A program made the position numbers and the translations under genes. A model generated the notes under the pieces. It searched no databases. It was not told where the DNA came from and saw only the letters and a program-made list of their open reading frames with translations. Of a stretch of 64,000 bases of DNA, positions 30,623 to 44,930 are shown piece after piece (the stretch's first letter is position 1; each line of letters begins with the position of its first letter). This DNA is from the human T2T-CHM13v2.0 reference genome, Homo sapiens: assembly GCF_009914755.1 (NCBI RefSeq), contig NC_060940.1; one strand, 5' to 3'.

Positions 30623-32049
30623 GAGAGCAAGGGACTGGCTCACTGATTCCACCTAGGAGTGGGACAAGGATGGAGCAAAGCAAGTCCCCGACCCCAGCAC
30701 CAAGCCCACAGCTGATGACTTTCAGGCTGTGTGACCCCGGGCAAGTCTACACAACCTCTCTGGACTCACCCTGGTCCCCCAGGGTAGTTTCTTTAGCACA
30801 GGGGGTGGCACCTAAGAGTCCCCAGCAGAAGACCCCACAGACACCTGGATGGGTGGGACAGGAGTGGGAACACAAGGACAGCAAGGGGAACAACTCAGCT
30901 GTGCAGCTGCCAGCAGGGGGCAGCAGGGAGGGTGGTCCCTGACCCTCTGGGCTGCAGTTTCCCTGCAAGGAAGGAAGAAATGGGATTGTCCCTAAGCTCC
31001 CGTTGATGCTGCGTGTGTGAACTCTCCTCTGTGGGGCATGTGTCAGGCAAGGCGGACACCAGGAAGCCTCAGCAAGCACCAAAATCTAAAGCCGAGGAGA
31101 GGGTGGTGAGCTGGAGCTGCCTTTCCTGGGGGAGCACGGGCTCCTTCGAGGGCTGGAGGGGCCCCCACTTCCCAGAACAGTTGGTCAAGGTCTTCTCCCC
31201 ATCCTCCTTAACAAATTCCTTTCTGGTGGAAGGAGTGCCCCCCCCCCGCCACCTCCCCGTTCCTCTTCCTGCAGACTGGCATTGCCCACTCCTGTCCCCA
31301 CCCCAAAGGTTAACATCGCAAAGAGAGGGACATTTTTTACTATAATTCAAGGGGAAGGGGGGCACAATGAGGCCTGTGTCCCACGCTGTCAGGAAGTTCA
31401 CCTCTGTGGTGTGAGGGTTACGTGGATGGATGTTCAGATATCGTGCCTGGAAACTCCTTCTCCCTCTCCTCCTCTGCCTTCAAAGCTTCCCCACCACCTT
31501 CCAGAAGGAGAACAATGGAAAACCCCCAGCAGGGGCTCAATGCAGGAGAGTGGGAACCCAGGAACGGTGGGTGAGGCAGTAAAAAGACTGAGCCATAGGA
31601 GGAGGACCAGAAACATCTGCCACCCTCAGAAGTGGACAAAGACCCCACGTCCCGGAACAGAGCCTAGGAGATGCCGAAGGGACCAGAGCGGTCTCCCCCA
31701 GTGGTGTGTGTGAATAATCGATGGTTCCCCTAAAACTGGAGCGGAAAAAAACTATGTTCGCCACCTGCGATTTGTGTGCTGGGCCCTCCCCTCCCCCAGT
31801 AAGGGGCTAGAGCCTCAGAACACACAAAGCAAAATACACACTGAGCGCTTCCAACACTGCCTCCTGGCTTCTGCCAGGAGTGTCTTCTCTGCCAGAGACC
31901 ATGAATTCCCCTGACCCCGAGTCTTTTCTCACCCCATTTCCCAGCCCAAGTTCCCCTCGCTTCCTCTCTGACCTTCCCAGACTGTGGGACCACCTTCTCC
32001 AGGCCACTTCACTGGCCCCATAAGCCTCCTTTATCTGAATACGTATTGC

Positions 32050-32720
32050 TTTATAAATATTGATCGATGGCCCACTGTGCAAGGCACTTTCACAATCAAA
32101 ATCCCATTTCATCTTCATAGCAAGCTTTGGAAGCCGACTGTGGAATTGTGCCCACTTTTCAGATGAGGACTTTGAGGCCCTCAGGTTCAGGTCCCTGGGC
32201 AGAGCTGTCCAGCAGTTATTTGTGACTGGAAGAAACTCAAGTCATGTACCCCTGCTCCCCTCCTCCTCTTCTACTTCCTCACGGTCATCATCCCCTCCAT
32301 CCCCACAGTCTGAGGGAGAGAGCATCCACGCCAGCTGGCTTGATAAGGTGGAAAGAGCACAGACTTTGGAGTTAGATGTGGGTTTGAGTCCTGACTCTGC
32401 TACTCACCAGCTTTTTGATCCAGGTAAATCTTCTCATCCCCTCATCTGGCAGGGACTAAGTAGCCTTAACTACAAATTGGAGGTTTTGTCATCCAGACCC
32501 CATCAAATAGCCAAAAGGAGATGATGAGGCAGTATGGATGCAGCTCCTCGTACCGGGTCAGTAGAGATGGCATCATTGTCCTCATCACAGCGATGGCGAG
32601 TCACAGATGAGGAAGGTGAGGCCAACAGATGCCAAGCAACTTGCCCGAGATCCCATAGCAGGCAAGCAGCCAAGATGAGCTTCAGATTCAGGTCTCTTGA
32701 CTCTAGCTTGAAGGCTATCT
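32050..32720. mobile_element. Cluster of three MIR fragments in alternating orientation
   Basis: CAGATGAGGACTTTGAGG (-); GGGTTTGAGTCCTGACTCTGCTACTCACCAGC (+); ACAGATGAGGAAGGTGAGGC (-). Confidence 0.7.
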
Positions 32721-33138
32721 TTTGTCCTCCCTCTATTTCTACTGAACTTGGTTTCAGCAGGAAGCAGATTGAGCAGCCCAGAGCCAGAGGGCAAGTGACA
32801 AGCTGACTTGGCTTTCCTTGAAGAGCATCCATAACCCCACCTTCCTCCAGCTCTGGCAGAGGACAGAGCTCAGCAAAGCCAGTTTCCCAGCCATTCCCCC
32901 CAGCCTTGCTAGGCATCAGCCAAGCAAAACATCACCAGGGGATTTAAGAAACACTGTGCATTGGGCATTAAGAGATTGGCCATTGCTGCCTTCTAGTGTC
33001 CCTGTAAAAAAGGTCAGTCACTCCAAGGCTTGAAGTTCATGGACCAAAAGAAAAGAATACATTTGGGGGAAAAGAGTTGCCCACACTTTATTTCACACTA
33101 AATTAGATTGTGCCACTTTCATTGCTTGACATTCTCCA

Positions 33139-33158
33139 GTGCTGCCATCTAGTGGTGG
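33139..33158 (-). promoter_or_regulatory. CTCF motif, reverse orientation
   Basis: Minus strand CCACCACTAGATGGCAGCAC; fits the core consensus. Confidence 0.78.
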
Positions 33159-33159
33159 A

Positions 33160-33356
33160 ACCGATATAGTAGCCATTAGTCATTATGTAGCCGTTTGAAT
33201 TTAAATTTAAAGTAATTAAAATTAAATAAACCTGAAATTTCAGTTCTTCAGTCACACTAGCACACTCCAAGTGTTCAGTAGCCACATGCAGGTAGTGGCT
33301 ACCATATTGACCATTACAGATACAGAACACGTACATCATCACAGAAGCATCTATGG
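33160..33356 (+). mobile_element. MER3 (hAT-Charlie)
   Basis: AATTAAAATTAAATAAA...CAGTTCTTCAGTCACACTAGC...GTAGTGGCTACCATATTG. Confidence 0.82.
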
Positions 33357-33690
33357 CAGAGGTCCCCAACCCTTGGGCTATGGACGAGGTATGGGTCTGT
33401 AGCCTGTTAGGAACCCGGCTGCACAGCAGGAGGTGAGCAGCGGGCAAGTGAGTATTACCACCCGAGCTCCGCCTCCCGTCAGATCAGTGACAGCATTAGA
33501 TTCTCGTAGGAGCGCGAACCCTATCGTGAACTGCACATTCGACAGCTCTAGGTTGTGCGCTCCTTATGAGAATCTAATGCCTGATGATCTGAGGTGGAAC
33601 AGTTTCATCCCGAAAACACCCCTCCACTGTTCATGGGAAAATTGCCTTCCATGAAACCAGTCCCTGGTGCCAAAAAAGTTGGGGACAGTT
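33357..33690 (+). mobile_element. MER1B (hAT-Charlie)
   Basis: CAGAGGTCCCCAACC...CTGTTAGGAAC...GAAACCAGTCCCTGGTGCCAAAAAAGTTGGGGAC. Confidence 0.88.
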
Positions 33691-34296
33691 CCACTGCAGC
33701 AGCTTCCCATTATCGGATTTACGATGAAGCATCATACTCCTAGCCATTACCCAGATGATCCAGCCCAAGGCTCAGAGCATGATTTTCCTAAAATCCACAA
33801 AGCTAACACATGCTGAAACAGATGTGAACCCATGTCTGGCCCATAAGCATTCGCCATCACTTTCGAGTTCTTCATCACTCCACAGCATGAGGAAAGATCC
33901 CTTGTCCTACTCCTCCCAAGCATAGCTCGACCCCTCTTCAGGCCTCTGCCCCGATGGCTTGTCACATGGTAAGTGCTGAGATGCCATTCTGCCCACAACC
34001 ATACCAAGGTCAAAGGCAGAATAAGGCTCCAAGGTGTGGCCTGCACTCTTCTTTTCCATCCACAGGAGGAGCATTTCCATGGGCCACTAGCTCTTGTCAG
34101 CCAAGAGCCCAGAATGGACAGAGAAGGGAGCAGGAGGGATCCTTTTAAAACAACAACAACAACAAAAAAAAAACATAGCCTGGAAGAAATTTCTTGATGC
34201 AACAAACATGTAAACACATGTTTACGCTCAGGGGCACACATCTGGCTGGCACACACTCACACATATAAAAGATAAACACACTCAAGGACACACAGG

Positions 34297-34430
34297 AGCC
34301 AGGTGCGATGGCTCACACCTGTAATCCCAGCACTTGGCAGAAACCAAGGCAGGAGGATCACTTGAGGCCAGGAGTTTGAGACCAGACTGGCCAACATGGT
34401 GACACTCTGTCTCTAAAAAGAAAAGAAGAA
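34297..34430 (+). mobile_element. Free left Alu monomer (FLAM_C-like)
   Basis: TSD CAAGGACACACAGG at 34283-34296 and 34444-34457. Confidence 0.88.
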
Positions 34431-35641
34431 TTTTTTTTAAAAGCAAGGACACACAGGTTCGTTAATACAGACGAACAATGCCCACAACCAAAGCCTTTCA
34501 CGAAGACAGCCAGGAGTGTCCCCCAACTTAATTAATGAAAAGAGGTTTCTCTGAAGTCGTGGCCTTCCAGTTTTAGCTCTAATAAATCTCCAAGCTCCAA
34601 AGACAAGCACCCATGAAGGCTGTTCAGAGGCACACAAGCAGCCTCACAGACTGACTGAAAGCCGGTGAACACATGTGCCAGCAGAATGATGAGGCAACAA
34701 GAGACAGGTGCTAAAAGGTGGCCCACAGGGGACAGTCTGGGTGGAGGACAGCAATGATGGCATCCCAGGAAACAAACACATCCCTCTGTCCAGAGCCCTG
34801 GACAGACAAAGCAGATACCAGAGCCACCTCCTGGCCGCCCCAGGTGAAACACAAGTCCTCCACAGCACACCCAGTCTCAGTTCAAACCTCCTAGACAACA
34901 GCAGTCAAAAAGGTGCTCCACTCCCCCAGCCCCTCCAGAGAGCCCTGATGGGGCTGTGCTGTGGGGCCTGAGTAGAAACCCACAGTGAGGAGAGATAGGT
35001 GGGGCAGGGTCCTCCCTCTGATCCTTCCTGACCACTCCTCATGTGGGGGAAGAAAGCCGAAAATACCTAGGTTCTCTGAAAGAATATCCAGTCCCGTGGT
35101 TAGACTCTGAGAATACCTGGGACATTCTCAGCACCCAGAAAACACACAGGAGGTAAGGATATTCTATGCAGTCCCCACATCTCAGACTGTCAGAGCTGAA
35201 GGGAGGGCATCGCGAAGCTCAGCTGCTCCATTTTGCAGATGTGAAGGCTGAGCCCAGAATGGGCAGTGATCTTCCTCGCAGAGTTGCACAGCCAGTCAGT
35301 GTGAAAGCCAGAACTAGAATCCAGTCTCTTGACACCCATCCCAGTGCTCCCTCCCAGCTCTGCTCCTGACTCGGGACAGTCACACCCACCTCCGAGCCTT
35401 GGTTGACCCATTTGTAAAATCAGTCTCTTGGCCTTGACAGCCTCTCAGGTTCCTTTCTGCCTCCTCATCATGCCATTCTCTGATACATGAAGTGGGAGAG
35501 GGACACAGATTTCCAGAATTTACTCAGTTTGTTCTTTCTGGGGGGCGGATGCAAATGGAGACTGCAGGCAAGGCCCATTGAGATCTCTACACTCATTCAT
35601 CCAACAAGTACTAATCCACCATCTGCTGGGTACTGGGCTCA

Positions 35642-36003
<362 letters not shown>

Positions 36004-36127
36004 AAAAGAAAGAAAGAGAGAGAGAGGGAGGGAGGGAGGGAGGGAGGGAGGGAGGAAGGAAGGAAGGAAGGAAGGAAGGAAGGAAGGAAGGAAGGAAGGA
36101 AGGAAGGAAGGAAGGAAAAAGAAGAAG
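36004..36127 (+). repeat. 124-bp pure-purine tract: (GAAA)/(GA)n, (GGGA)7, (GGAA)16
   Basis: (GGGA)7 at 36026-36053 and (GGAA)16 at 36054-36117, counted directly. Confidence 0.95.
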
Positions 36128-36682
36128 TGATGTCCCCAGATTTGCATAGGGGACAGATCACCATAACAACCAGGCTGGAATCTGGACTGGAGGTAGGGAG
36201 TTGGAGGGCAGCTAAGCTTGGCCCCTGCAGTGGCTCATTCCATAGAGAGAGGCTGTAGCTAGGAGAGTGGAGGCAGTGAATGAAGAGGGAGGCATGGGCT
36301 CAAGAGATATTAGAAGCAAAACGTCTCAGGAACTGTTGCTGAATGGATAAGAAGGACAAGTGAGAAAGCGGGGAGCATGAGCTTATGCATGGGCAAGACC
36401 TCAGAAGGATGCCCAATACATGGGGCCTCAAGGAGATGTTACTCTCCCACCCACACTCTTGTCACTCTAACCCTTCCATTGAGCTGCCCAGGAGACCCAT
36501 TGTCCCCTACCTGCTTTCCCCCATTTCCCCCCACCTGCTTTCGGCTGGGGTGTCCCACCCCAGAGGGCTGTGCTGCTTCCAGGAGCCATGTCCAATGAAG
36601 GAGCAAGGACTCCTGGGTAGCCCAGATCACGTCTCCCCCAGTGGGGCCAGACCAAGTGTCTTGCCAACTGGCACAGACAACA

Positions 36683-37029
36683 CTCATTGACTCATTCATT
36701 CATTTATTCATTCATTCATTCATTTACTCATTTATTCAACCCACCGTGGGCCTGAGGCAGGGCTGGGCACTGGACACCAAAGACAGTAAAGCAGATGCAG
36801 GGTTCCTGACCTTGTGGGGCTCACAACCCAGATGGGAGACAGGCAGGAAACACAGAGGCAGACACAAACAGAACTACAAATGGTGGTAAGCGCTCCGAAG
36901 GCCAAACCAGAGGCTGAGAAGGGGGCTGAGCGGGGCAGGGTAAGGTCTGGTTGGGAAGGCAGAAGAGGAAAGCACATTGGAGCAGAAACCCGAAGAGTGA
37001 GAAGGAGCTGGCTGCGCAAGAAGTGGGGA
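36683..37029 (-). mobile_element. L2 3' end with (TTCA)n tail; resumes at 38671-38740
   Basis: (CATT)n...; after the L1, GAAGAGCATTGCAGGCGGAGGGAACAGCACG. Confidence 0.75.
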
Positions 37030-37739
37030 AGCTGAACAGACATTTCTCAAAAGAAGACGTACAAATGCCAACAGGTTCGTGAAAAATACTCAGCGTCACT
37101 AATCATTAGGGAAATGCAAATTAAAACCGCAATGAGATGCCACCCCTCACCTGTTAGAATGGCCATTAACACGAAAATAAAAGACAAGCGTTGGCGAGGA
37201 TGTGCAGAAAGGGGAAGCCTTGTGCACTGTTGATGGGAATGTAAATTGGCACAGCCATCATAGAAAACAGTATGGGAGTCCCTCGAAAAACTAAAACGAG
37301 AACTACCATATGATCCAACAATCTCGCTTCTCCATATATACCCAGAGGAACTGAAATAAAATCGTTAAAGGGATACCTGCAGTCCTGTGTTCGTTACAGC
37401 ATTATTACAACAGCCAATATACAGAATCAACCTAAGTGCCCATCCCATGGATGAATGAATAAAGAAAATGTGACATACATACACAAATGGAACACTATTC
37501 AGCCTTTAAAAAGCAGAAAATCCTGTCATTTCCGGCAATGTAGATGAACCTGGAGGACATTATGCTAAGTGAAATAAGCCAAGCTCTGAAAGACAAATTC
37601 CACATGATCTCACCTACATGTGGAATCTAAAAAAAAGTTGAATTCACAGAAGTAGAGAATAGAATAGTGGTTACCAGGGGCTAGTGGGGAGAGTTGGAGG
37701 AGGGAATGTGGAGCTGTTGATTAAAAGTTACAAAGTGTC

Positions 37740-38078
<339 letters not shown>

Positions 38079-38122
38079 CTACTGCACAACAGGGTGGCTC
38101 TTGTCAATCATATATGTCATAT

Positions 38123-38485
38123 ACGGTCATGTGAATAACAACATTTTGGTCAGCAGTGGACCACGTATATGATGGGGGTCCCAAAAGATTGTAATGGAGC
38201 TGCTGTATATAGGTGTACTATTTTTTATCTTTTATACCATATTTTTACTGTACCTTTCCTATGTTTAGATATGTTTAGATTTACAAATACTTACCATTCA
38301 CTACAGAAGCATGTTGTACAGGTTTGTAGTCTAGGAGCAATAGGCTCTACCATATAGCCTAAGTGTGTAGTAGGCTGTATCATCTAGGTTTGTGTGAGTT
38401 CACTCCATGATGTTCACACAACAATGAAATTACCTAACAATGCACTTCTCAGAATGTCACCCTGTCGTTAGGTGACTTGTGACTG
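38123..38485. mobile_element. Tigger3-family (TcMar) non-autonomous element
   Basis: Termini C(A/G)GTCATG...GTGACTG flanked by TA; CTAGGAGCAATAGGCT, CTATGTTTAGATATGTTTAGA. Confidence 0.82.
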
Positions 38486-39929
38486 TATTTCAATAATTAA
38501 GACAGTAAGTTTCAAACATCTCACCACAAAAAAAAAAAAAAGGCAAATGAAGTGAGGGATATGTTAATTCACTTGATTTAATTATTTCACATTGTATACA
38601 TGTATGAAAACATCACACTGTACTCCATAAATGTATATAATTATGATTTGTCAGTCAAAGTCATTTTAAAAAGAAGTGGGGAGAAGAGCATTGCAGGCGG
38701 AGGGAACAGCACGTACAAGGTTCCGGAGGTGGGAAATCTTACCACCAAGCCAAATGGCTTCATAATACAAGGGAATGTGGTCCAGAGAAGAAAGGATGGA
38801 CTCAAAGTTACACCAAGCATCAGTGTCAGGGTCAGGAAGAGAAACCGAGCCAGGGGATACCCTGGCTCGAGCCACCACTCCTGCAGAGTGGCCGCATGCC
38901 CTGGTTCAGCTCCAGCAACCCCAGGACTCTGCACTCCACCTAACCCTGCCTCAACCTCCATGGTTCAGCGTTTTCATGCTGCCTCCCTGAGCCTCAGTCT
39001 TCCCGTCTCTAAAATGGGGTTGTTTTCACCTAGAAAGATGGCCGTGGTAACACAAGGTAGCCCTCCCCAGCCCCACACCTGGCACATAGAACATACCAAG
39101 TTCACATGTTCATGCTCTCTGTTTGTCCCCTTCCCTTGTTGCAAGTGAGCATGCACCCTGTGCAGTAGGGTGCAGTAGGGTCTTCCCTACTGAGGACAGA
39201 ACTCACCTGGAGCCCTGGTAACCATATGGCAGCCTCGCGGCCCCTCCCAGGAGGTTCAGGTTCAGCGGGGCTGGCTGGGGCTGCAGCACTGTGTTTTTTA
39301 CAAGTTCCTAGGTGACTCTCGCCATCAGGAGACAGAGGAGCCCTGCTGAGTGGGATGGAGTCACACAGACTCTGGTGGGATGGTGGATCAGTATCTGCCT
39401 CACTGTGTGGCTTTGAAAAATCAAAGATGCTACTATTCCAGAGGGAGCACTGGATGAGATTTCAGGCTCCCACCCTCCAGTCCAAGAACAGAGTAGGTGC
39501 TCAGCCAATTGTGTTATTGTGGGACACTCAGCAATGGATGCAGGCAAGGGGGACCAGGAGGAAGTCCCCCCCAGTAGGCACACAGCAAGCCAGGGTTGGC
39601 CCTCCACCTGACCTTTGGGTCAGTTAGGTCCTGCCAGGAGATAAAGGGTCCCAGCAGTGGGGTGCAAAGCTTTAGGTCAAGGCATTCCCCCAACGGGGAG
39701 CCTTAGTACTTGGAAGGGAAACTGACCACAACACAAAACAACAGCTGCCCCCATTTCTGACTCCTGGTGTGTGATCCGTGCATCCTAGCAGGTGCCTTGC
39801 CAACACCCTCTCCTTTAAGCCCATTGCGGGTTGCAAGGCAAGATGCATGATGGCTGCATGGACCATGAGCCCTCGGCACTTTTGCCTTCGTGGGCCCCTT
39901 CCTCCATAAAACAAAGATTATACTTTATC

Positions 39930-40236
<307 letters not shown>

Positions 40237-40356
40237 AAAGATTATACTTTATGCTTTTTGGTATAAACACATATACAACTAAGCCTGGCTTATATTTATT
40301 TTTTTCTTCTGATTTTAAAATAAATTAGAATATTTTTGTATGTCCCTGTATTCACT

Positions 40357-40665
<309 letters not shown>

Positions 40666-41218
40666 TGTATTAGTTTCTTCTTGCTGCTATGACAAGCTAC
40701 CATAAATTTAGTGGCTTAAAACAATGCAGATGTATGACTTCATAATTCTGGAGGTGAGAAGTCCGCAATGGGTGTCCCTAGGCTAAAACCAAGGTGTTGG
40801 CAGGGCTGCATGCCTTTCAGGATGCTCTATGGGAGAATCCACTTCCTTGCCTTTTCCTGCCACATTCCTTGGCTTGTGGACCCTTCCTCCCTCTTCCTAC
40901 ACATTACTTACATTACACACATTCTTACCTCCCTCTTTACATTACACACATTCTTACCTCCCTCTTCTTACACATTACTTACATTACATTACATTCTGAC
41001 ATTACTGTGATACTCAGTCTCCGTCTCCCTCTTCCACATTCTAGGACCCTTGTAATCACTTTGGGCATCCCAGGAAAATCTCTCTATTTAAGCTCATCTA
41101 ATCAGCAACCTTAATTCCACATACAGCCTTCATTCCCATTTGCCATGTGGCATAACATTGTCAGTTTCCAGAGATTGAGATGCGGACCTCTTCACAGGCC
41201 ATTATTCTGCCAACCGCA
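40666..41218 (-). mobile_element. MLT1D/E-like MaLR LTR with internal tandem repeat
   Basis: TGTATTAGTTTC...GTGGCTTAAAACAA...GGCCATTATTCTGCC. Confidence 0.8.
40886..40997. repeat. Compound tandem repeat, three units of CCTCCCTCTT...TTACATTAC...CATTCT
   Basis: Three related units of about 29-42 bp. Confidence 0.85.
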
Positions 41219-42530
41219 TCCCTTAAAAGTAGCTTGGGTCCTAGGAACTGTGTTTCCTGTGCCTAAAATGCATACATTGGTCCTGGGCATTACTATTCCC
41301 CTTTATAGCTGAGAAAACTGAGGCTCAGAGAGTGGAAGCAATTCACCCAACGTCACACAGCCAGGAACCATGGAGCTAAAATGCCAGCTTCACCTTGCCT
41401 TGTTCTGAAGCCAGGGGTGGGGTGGGTGGCTGTGGTCAGGGTTCTGGGGAAGGTCACACTGGGGGACCAAAGTCATCTGCACCAACAGGCACAGCACCTG
41501 GGAGGGCCTGGGTTTGGTGGAGAGGGGAAGTGCTGGATGGCAGAGGTTGCCCCATTCCCTTCTGCCAAGGCTCCCAGTACTCAAGCAGGGAGGCAGCGCC
41601 TGCAGGCACCGCGCAGCAAGCAGGGGAGAGCCAGGGAGTGTTCCAAGGCTTCGTGATTCACAGCCCAGCAGATGCTTCCCTGAACCAATATGCTAATTCT
41701 TCACAAAACAGATTCATTTATCTGACATTTATGACCGGAGACAGAAATCATGTTGGGGGAAATGTATCACTTTTCAAATTCACATTTGTTTCTTCCTCAT
41801 CACCTACCAGCAAGCAGATGGGGCAGAGAGTTATTTATTTGAGGTTCCTGTTAACCGATAACTAAGTCACTAACACACTACGAAAATCAAATGCAATTAC
41901 GCAAGAAGAGACGCTGGAGACCCCAGTGTGCCCACAGAGCCCAGAGAGGCCAACAGTGGCGGGGGGCGCTGGGGAGGGAGTACGTCCAGTAGAAGTCAAC
42001 TGAACTCTGAGCCTGGGAATTGGGAAAGTGACAATAGATGTTCCCAGGGCCACAGCAGGACACAAGCATGGTGAGGAAGGGGAAGGACCCAAGACTTGAG
42101 GGCAGGGCCCCCAAAAGCTGATTAACCCACCTCCCAGAATAGTAACACTGGCTGCTTACAGTGTGCCTACTAGGTGCTGGACATCTGGCAGACAGCTTCT
42201 TCGTTAACCTCCACGGTGGGACAGCCATGGCTGACATGTATTAACACGCTGACTATGGATGACATTGTCCCTGCATCTCACTCAGCGCCTGCCGAAAGTG
42301 TTCCCAGTTTTCCAGGTGAGAAAACCAAGGTGCAGAGAGGTGAATTCACATACCCATGATCACACAGCTCAGGGGCTGGGATTCACAGGTGGGCACCAAA
42401 GGCCAGAGAGAGGCAGGTCTCCTCGCTCTGCCAGCCAGGTCTGAGAACCAAGAGTCCCACTGAGGGAGGCCGCCAGACCCTCTCCACTTCCCCAAATCCA
42501 CCACCTGCCAAGGCAGCGCCACTGGAATCT

Positions 42531-42557
42531 CTGCTGCTGCTGCTGTTGCTGCTGCTG
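42531..42557 (+). repeat. (CTG)5 TTG (CTG)3 interrupted microsatellite
   Basis: Counted directly. Confidence 0.95.
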
Positions 42558-43675
42558 CTCACCCCACAATTGATGAGGGTCTCAGGATGAAAGCAGAGAA
42601 GGAGGCGGAGGGCAGGGGGGAATTCACCACCACCACTCCATTCCCCAGCTGCCCACCCCAATTCCCTAACAGATAATTCTCCCTAATGTTTATTGCCTTT
42701 CTGCTTATTTATTAGCCAGGCTATGTCAAAATGTATGCTAAATCAATGTTGTAGCACAGCTCAGCTGTGAGGATTGATTTCTTTTATTTAAGGTGAAACA
42801 AGTTTAGTTTGGAGCCCAGAGCAAAATTCTAACGTGCTGAAAACATGCTGCCTGGCAAGATTCCTGGGAAGGATTCCTAAGAATCCTCCCAAAAGCTGGA
42901 GCCCCTCTGGGAAAGCAGCCTTCAAGGCACATGGTTCCCAAGGTACCACCAGCAAATCCAAGGAGGACAAGAGAGAGGGAAGGTTCAGGGCTGAGTCCCT
43001 CCCATGTGCCCAGTAAGAGCAAAACAGAAACCACCACCTCAGCAATGTTGGGGAGGGTATGTGTGTCCTCCCTCCCACTCCCTAGCTCAGATTACTAAAT
43101 ACAGAAACTGAGGCACAGAAGTGTTGAGAAACTCACCCAAGCCACATAGCTAACTCGAGGTCATCTGCCTCTAAATCTACGAGACTTCCCCAAATTGCGT
43201 AGCTGTTGAGTTTTTTCTCCCAGAGTAAATTCACTGAGTTTCTGAATCCACATCATAAAATGAATTACCATAAAGCAAGACACGTTTTCCCGCAGAAACA
43301 ATGTTAAGATATTCAGCCGGGCTTCCTGACCAATGGCTAGGCGTCCAGTACATCATAAATACGACCAACCCAATGTCATAAATATAAATGTGCAAAAACT
43401 ATAAATGTCTTAATAATCAGCTGAAAATGTAAACCCTAAATGGTCATGTAAAATTTGTCACAAGTCCTAGAACTCAGAAATATAGTGAGCATATTTGTCA
43501 TAGAAGAAACCCCAAAGTATTATAAATAAAGCATACATTCCATGTGGAAAAAATATAGTCCTCCCTTATCATAAACTTGACTTTAAAGAAATAAATTGCT
43601 AGAGCAGAATTATAGAATTGCAGAGGGAAGAGGGACCTTAAATATTATTTCTTTCTAGACCCTATCTGTTGCTGA

Positions 43676-44113
<438 letters not shown>

Positions 44114-44622
44114 TAAACTTTCCCATAGTTGTTTCCTGTACATTCTCTGCTTGCCCTGAAAGGAATGAACATGGTACCAGCAGGCCCTGAGGGAGGTTCT
44201 GAGTTATTTAACCTCTAGGAGCCTCAATTTTCCCATCTGTCAAATAGGGATCAATAATAATACCTATTTCATGCATTGTTGTGAAGGTCAAATAAGGTCG
44301 TCCATGTCAGCTATCATTATTTTATTAATACTATTATTATCCCAACCATTGACCAAGTGGTCCTCAGTTTCTCTCATATTTGTCTCCCATCTTTGGGCAG
44401 CTGCTTTTGACTTTTTTTTTCCAATCCCAAATACAGGGCCCTCAACTCATCCTTGTAATGTTTCCTATTGATATTTTGAATCATTTCCTCACCCTGACAA
44501 GACCTCTGGATCCTGACCCTGTTGTCCAGCCCATCCTCCATCCCATCAGGGTTTAAAGAGCCCATTGATTGGATCAGTAGACAATCGTCTTCATCTAAGT
44601 TGATGATAAAGAATGCTGGTCC

Positions 44623-44930
44623 AGACCAGGCACAATGGCTTACACCTGTAATCTCAACACTAGGAAGCTGGGGTGGGAGAATCAGCTGAGGTCAGGAGTT
44701 TGAGACTAGCCTGGGCAACATAGAGAGACCCTGTCTCTACAAAAAATTTAAGAGTTAGCTGAGCATGGTGGTGCACACCTCTCGTACCAGCTACTCAGGA
44801 GGCTGAAGTGGGACAACAGCTTGATCCTGAGAGGTCAAGGCTGCCATAAGCCCAGGAGGTTGAGGCTGCAGTGAGCCATGATCACACCGCTGCACTCCAG
44901 CCTGGGTGACATTGCAAGACTGTCTCAATA
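44623..44930 (+). mobile_element. AluJ with a short internal duplication in the right arm
   Basis: GAGGTCAAGGCTGCCATAAGCCCAGGAGGTTGAGGCTGCAGTGAGCC. Confidence 0.88.
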
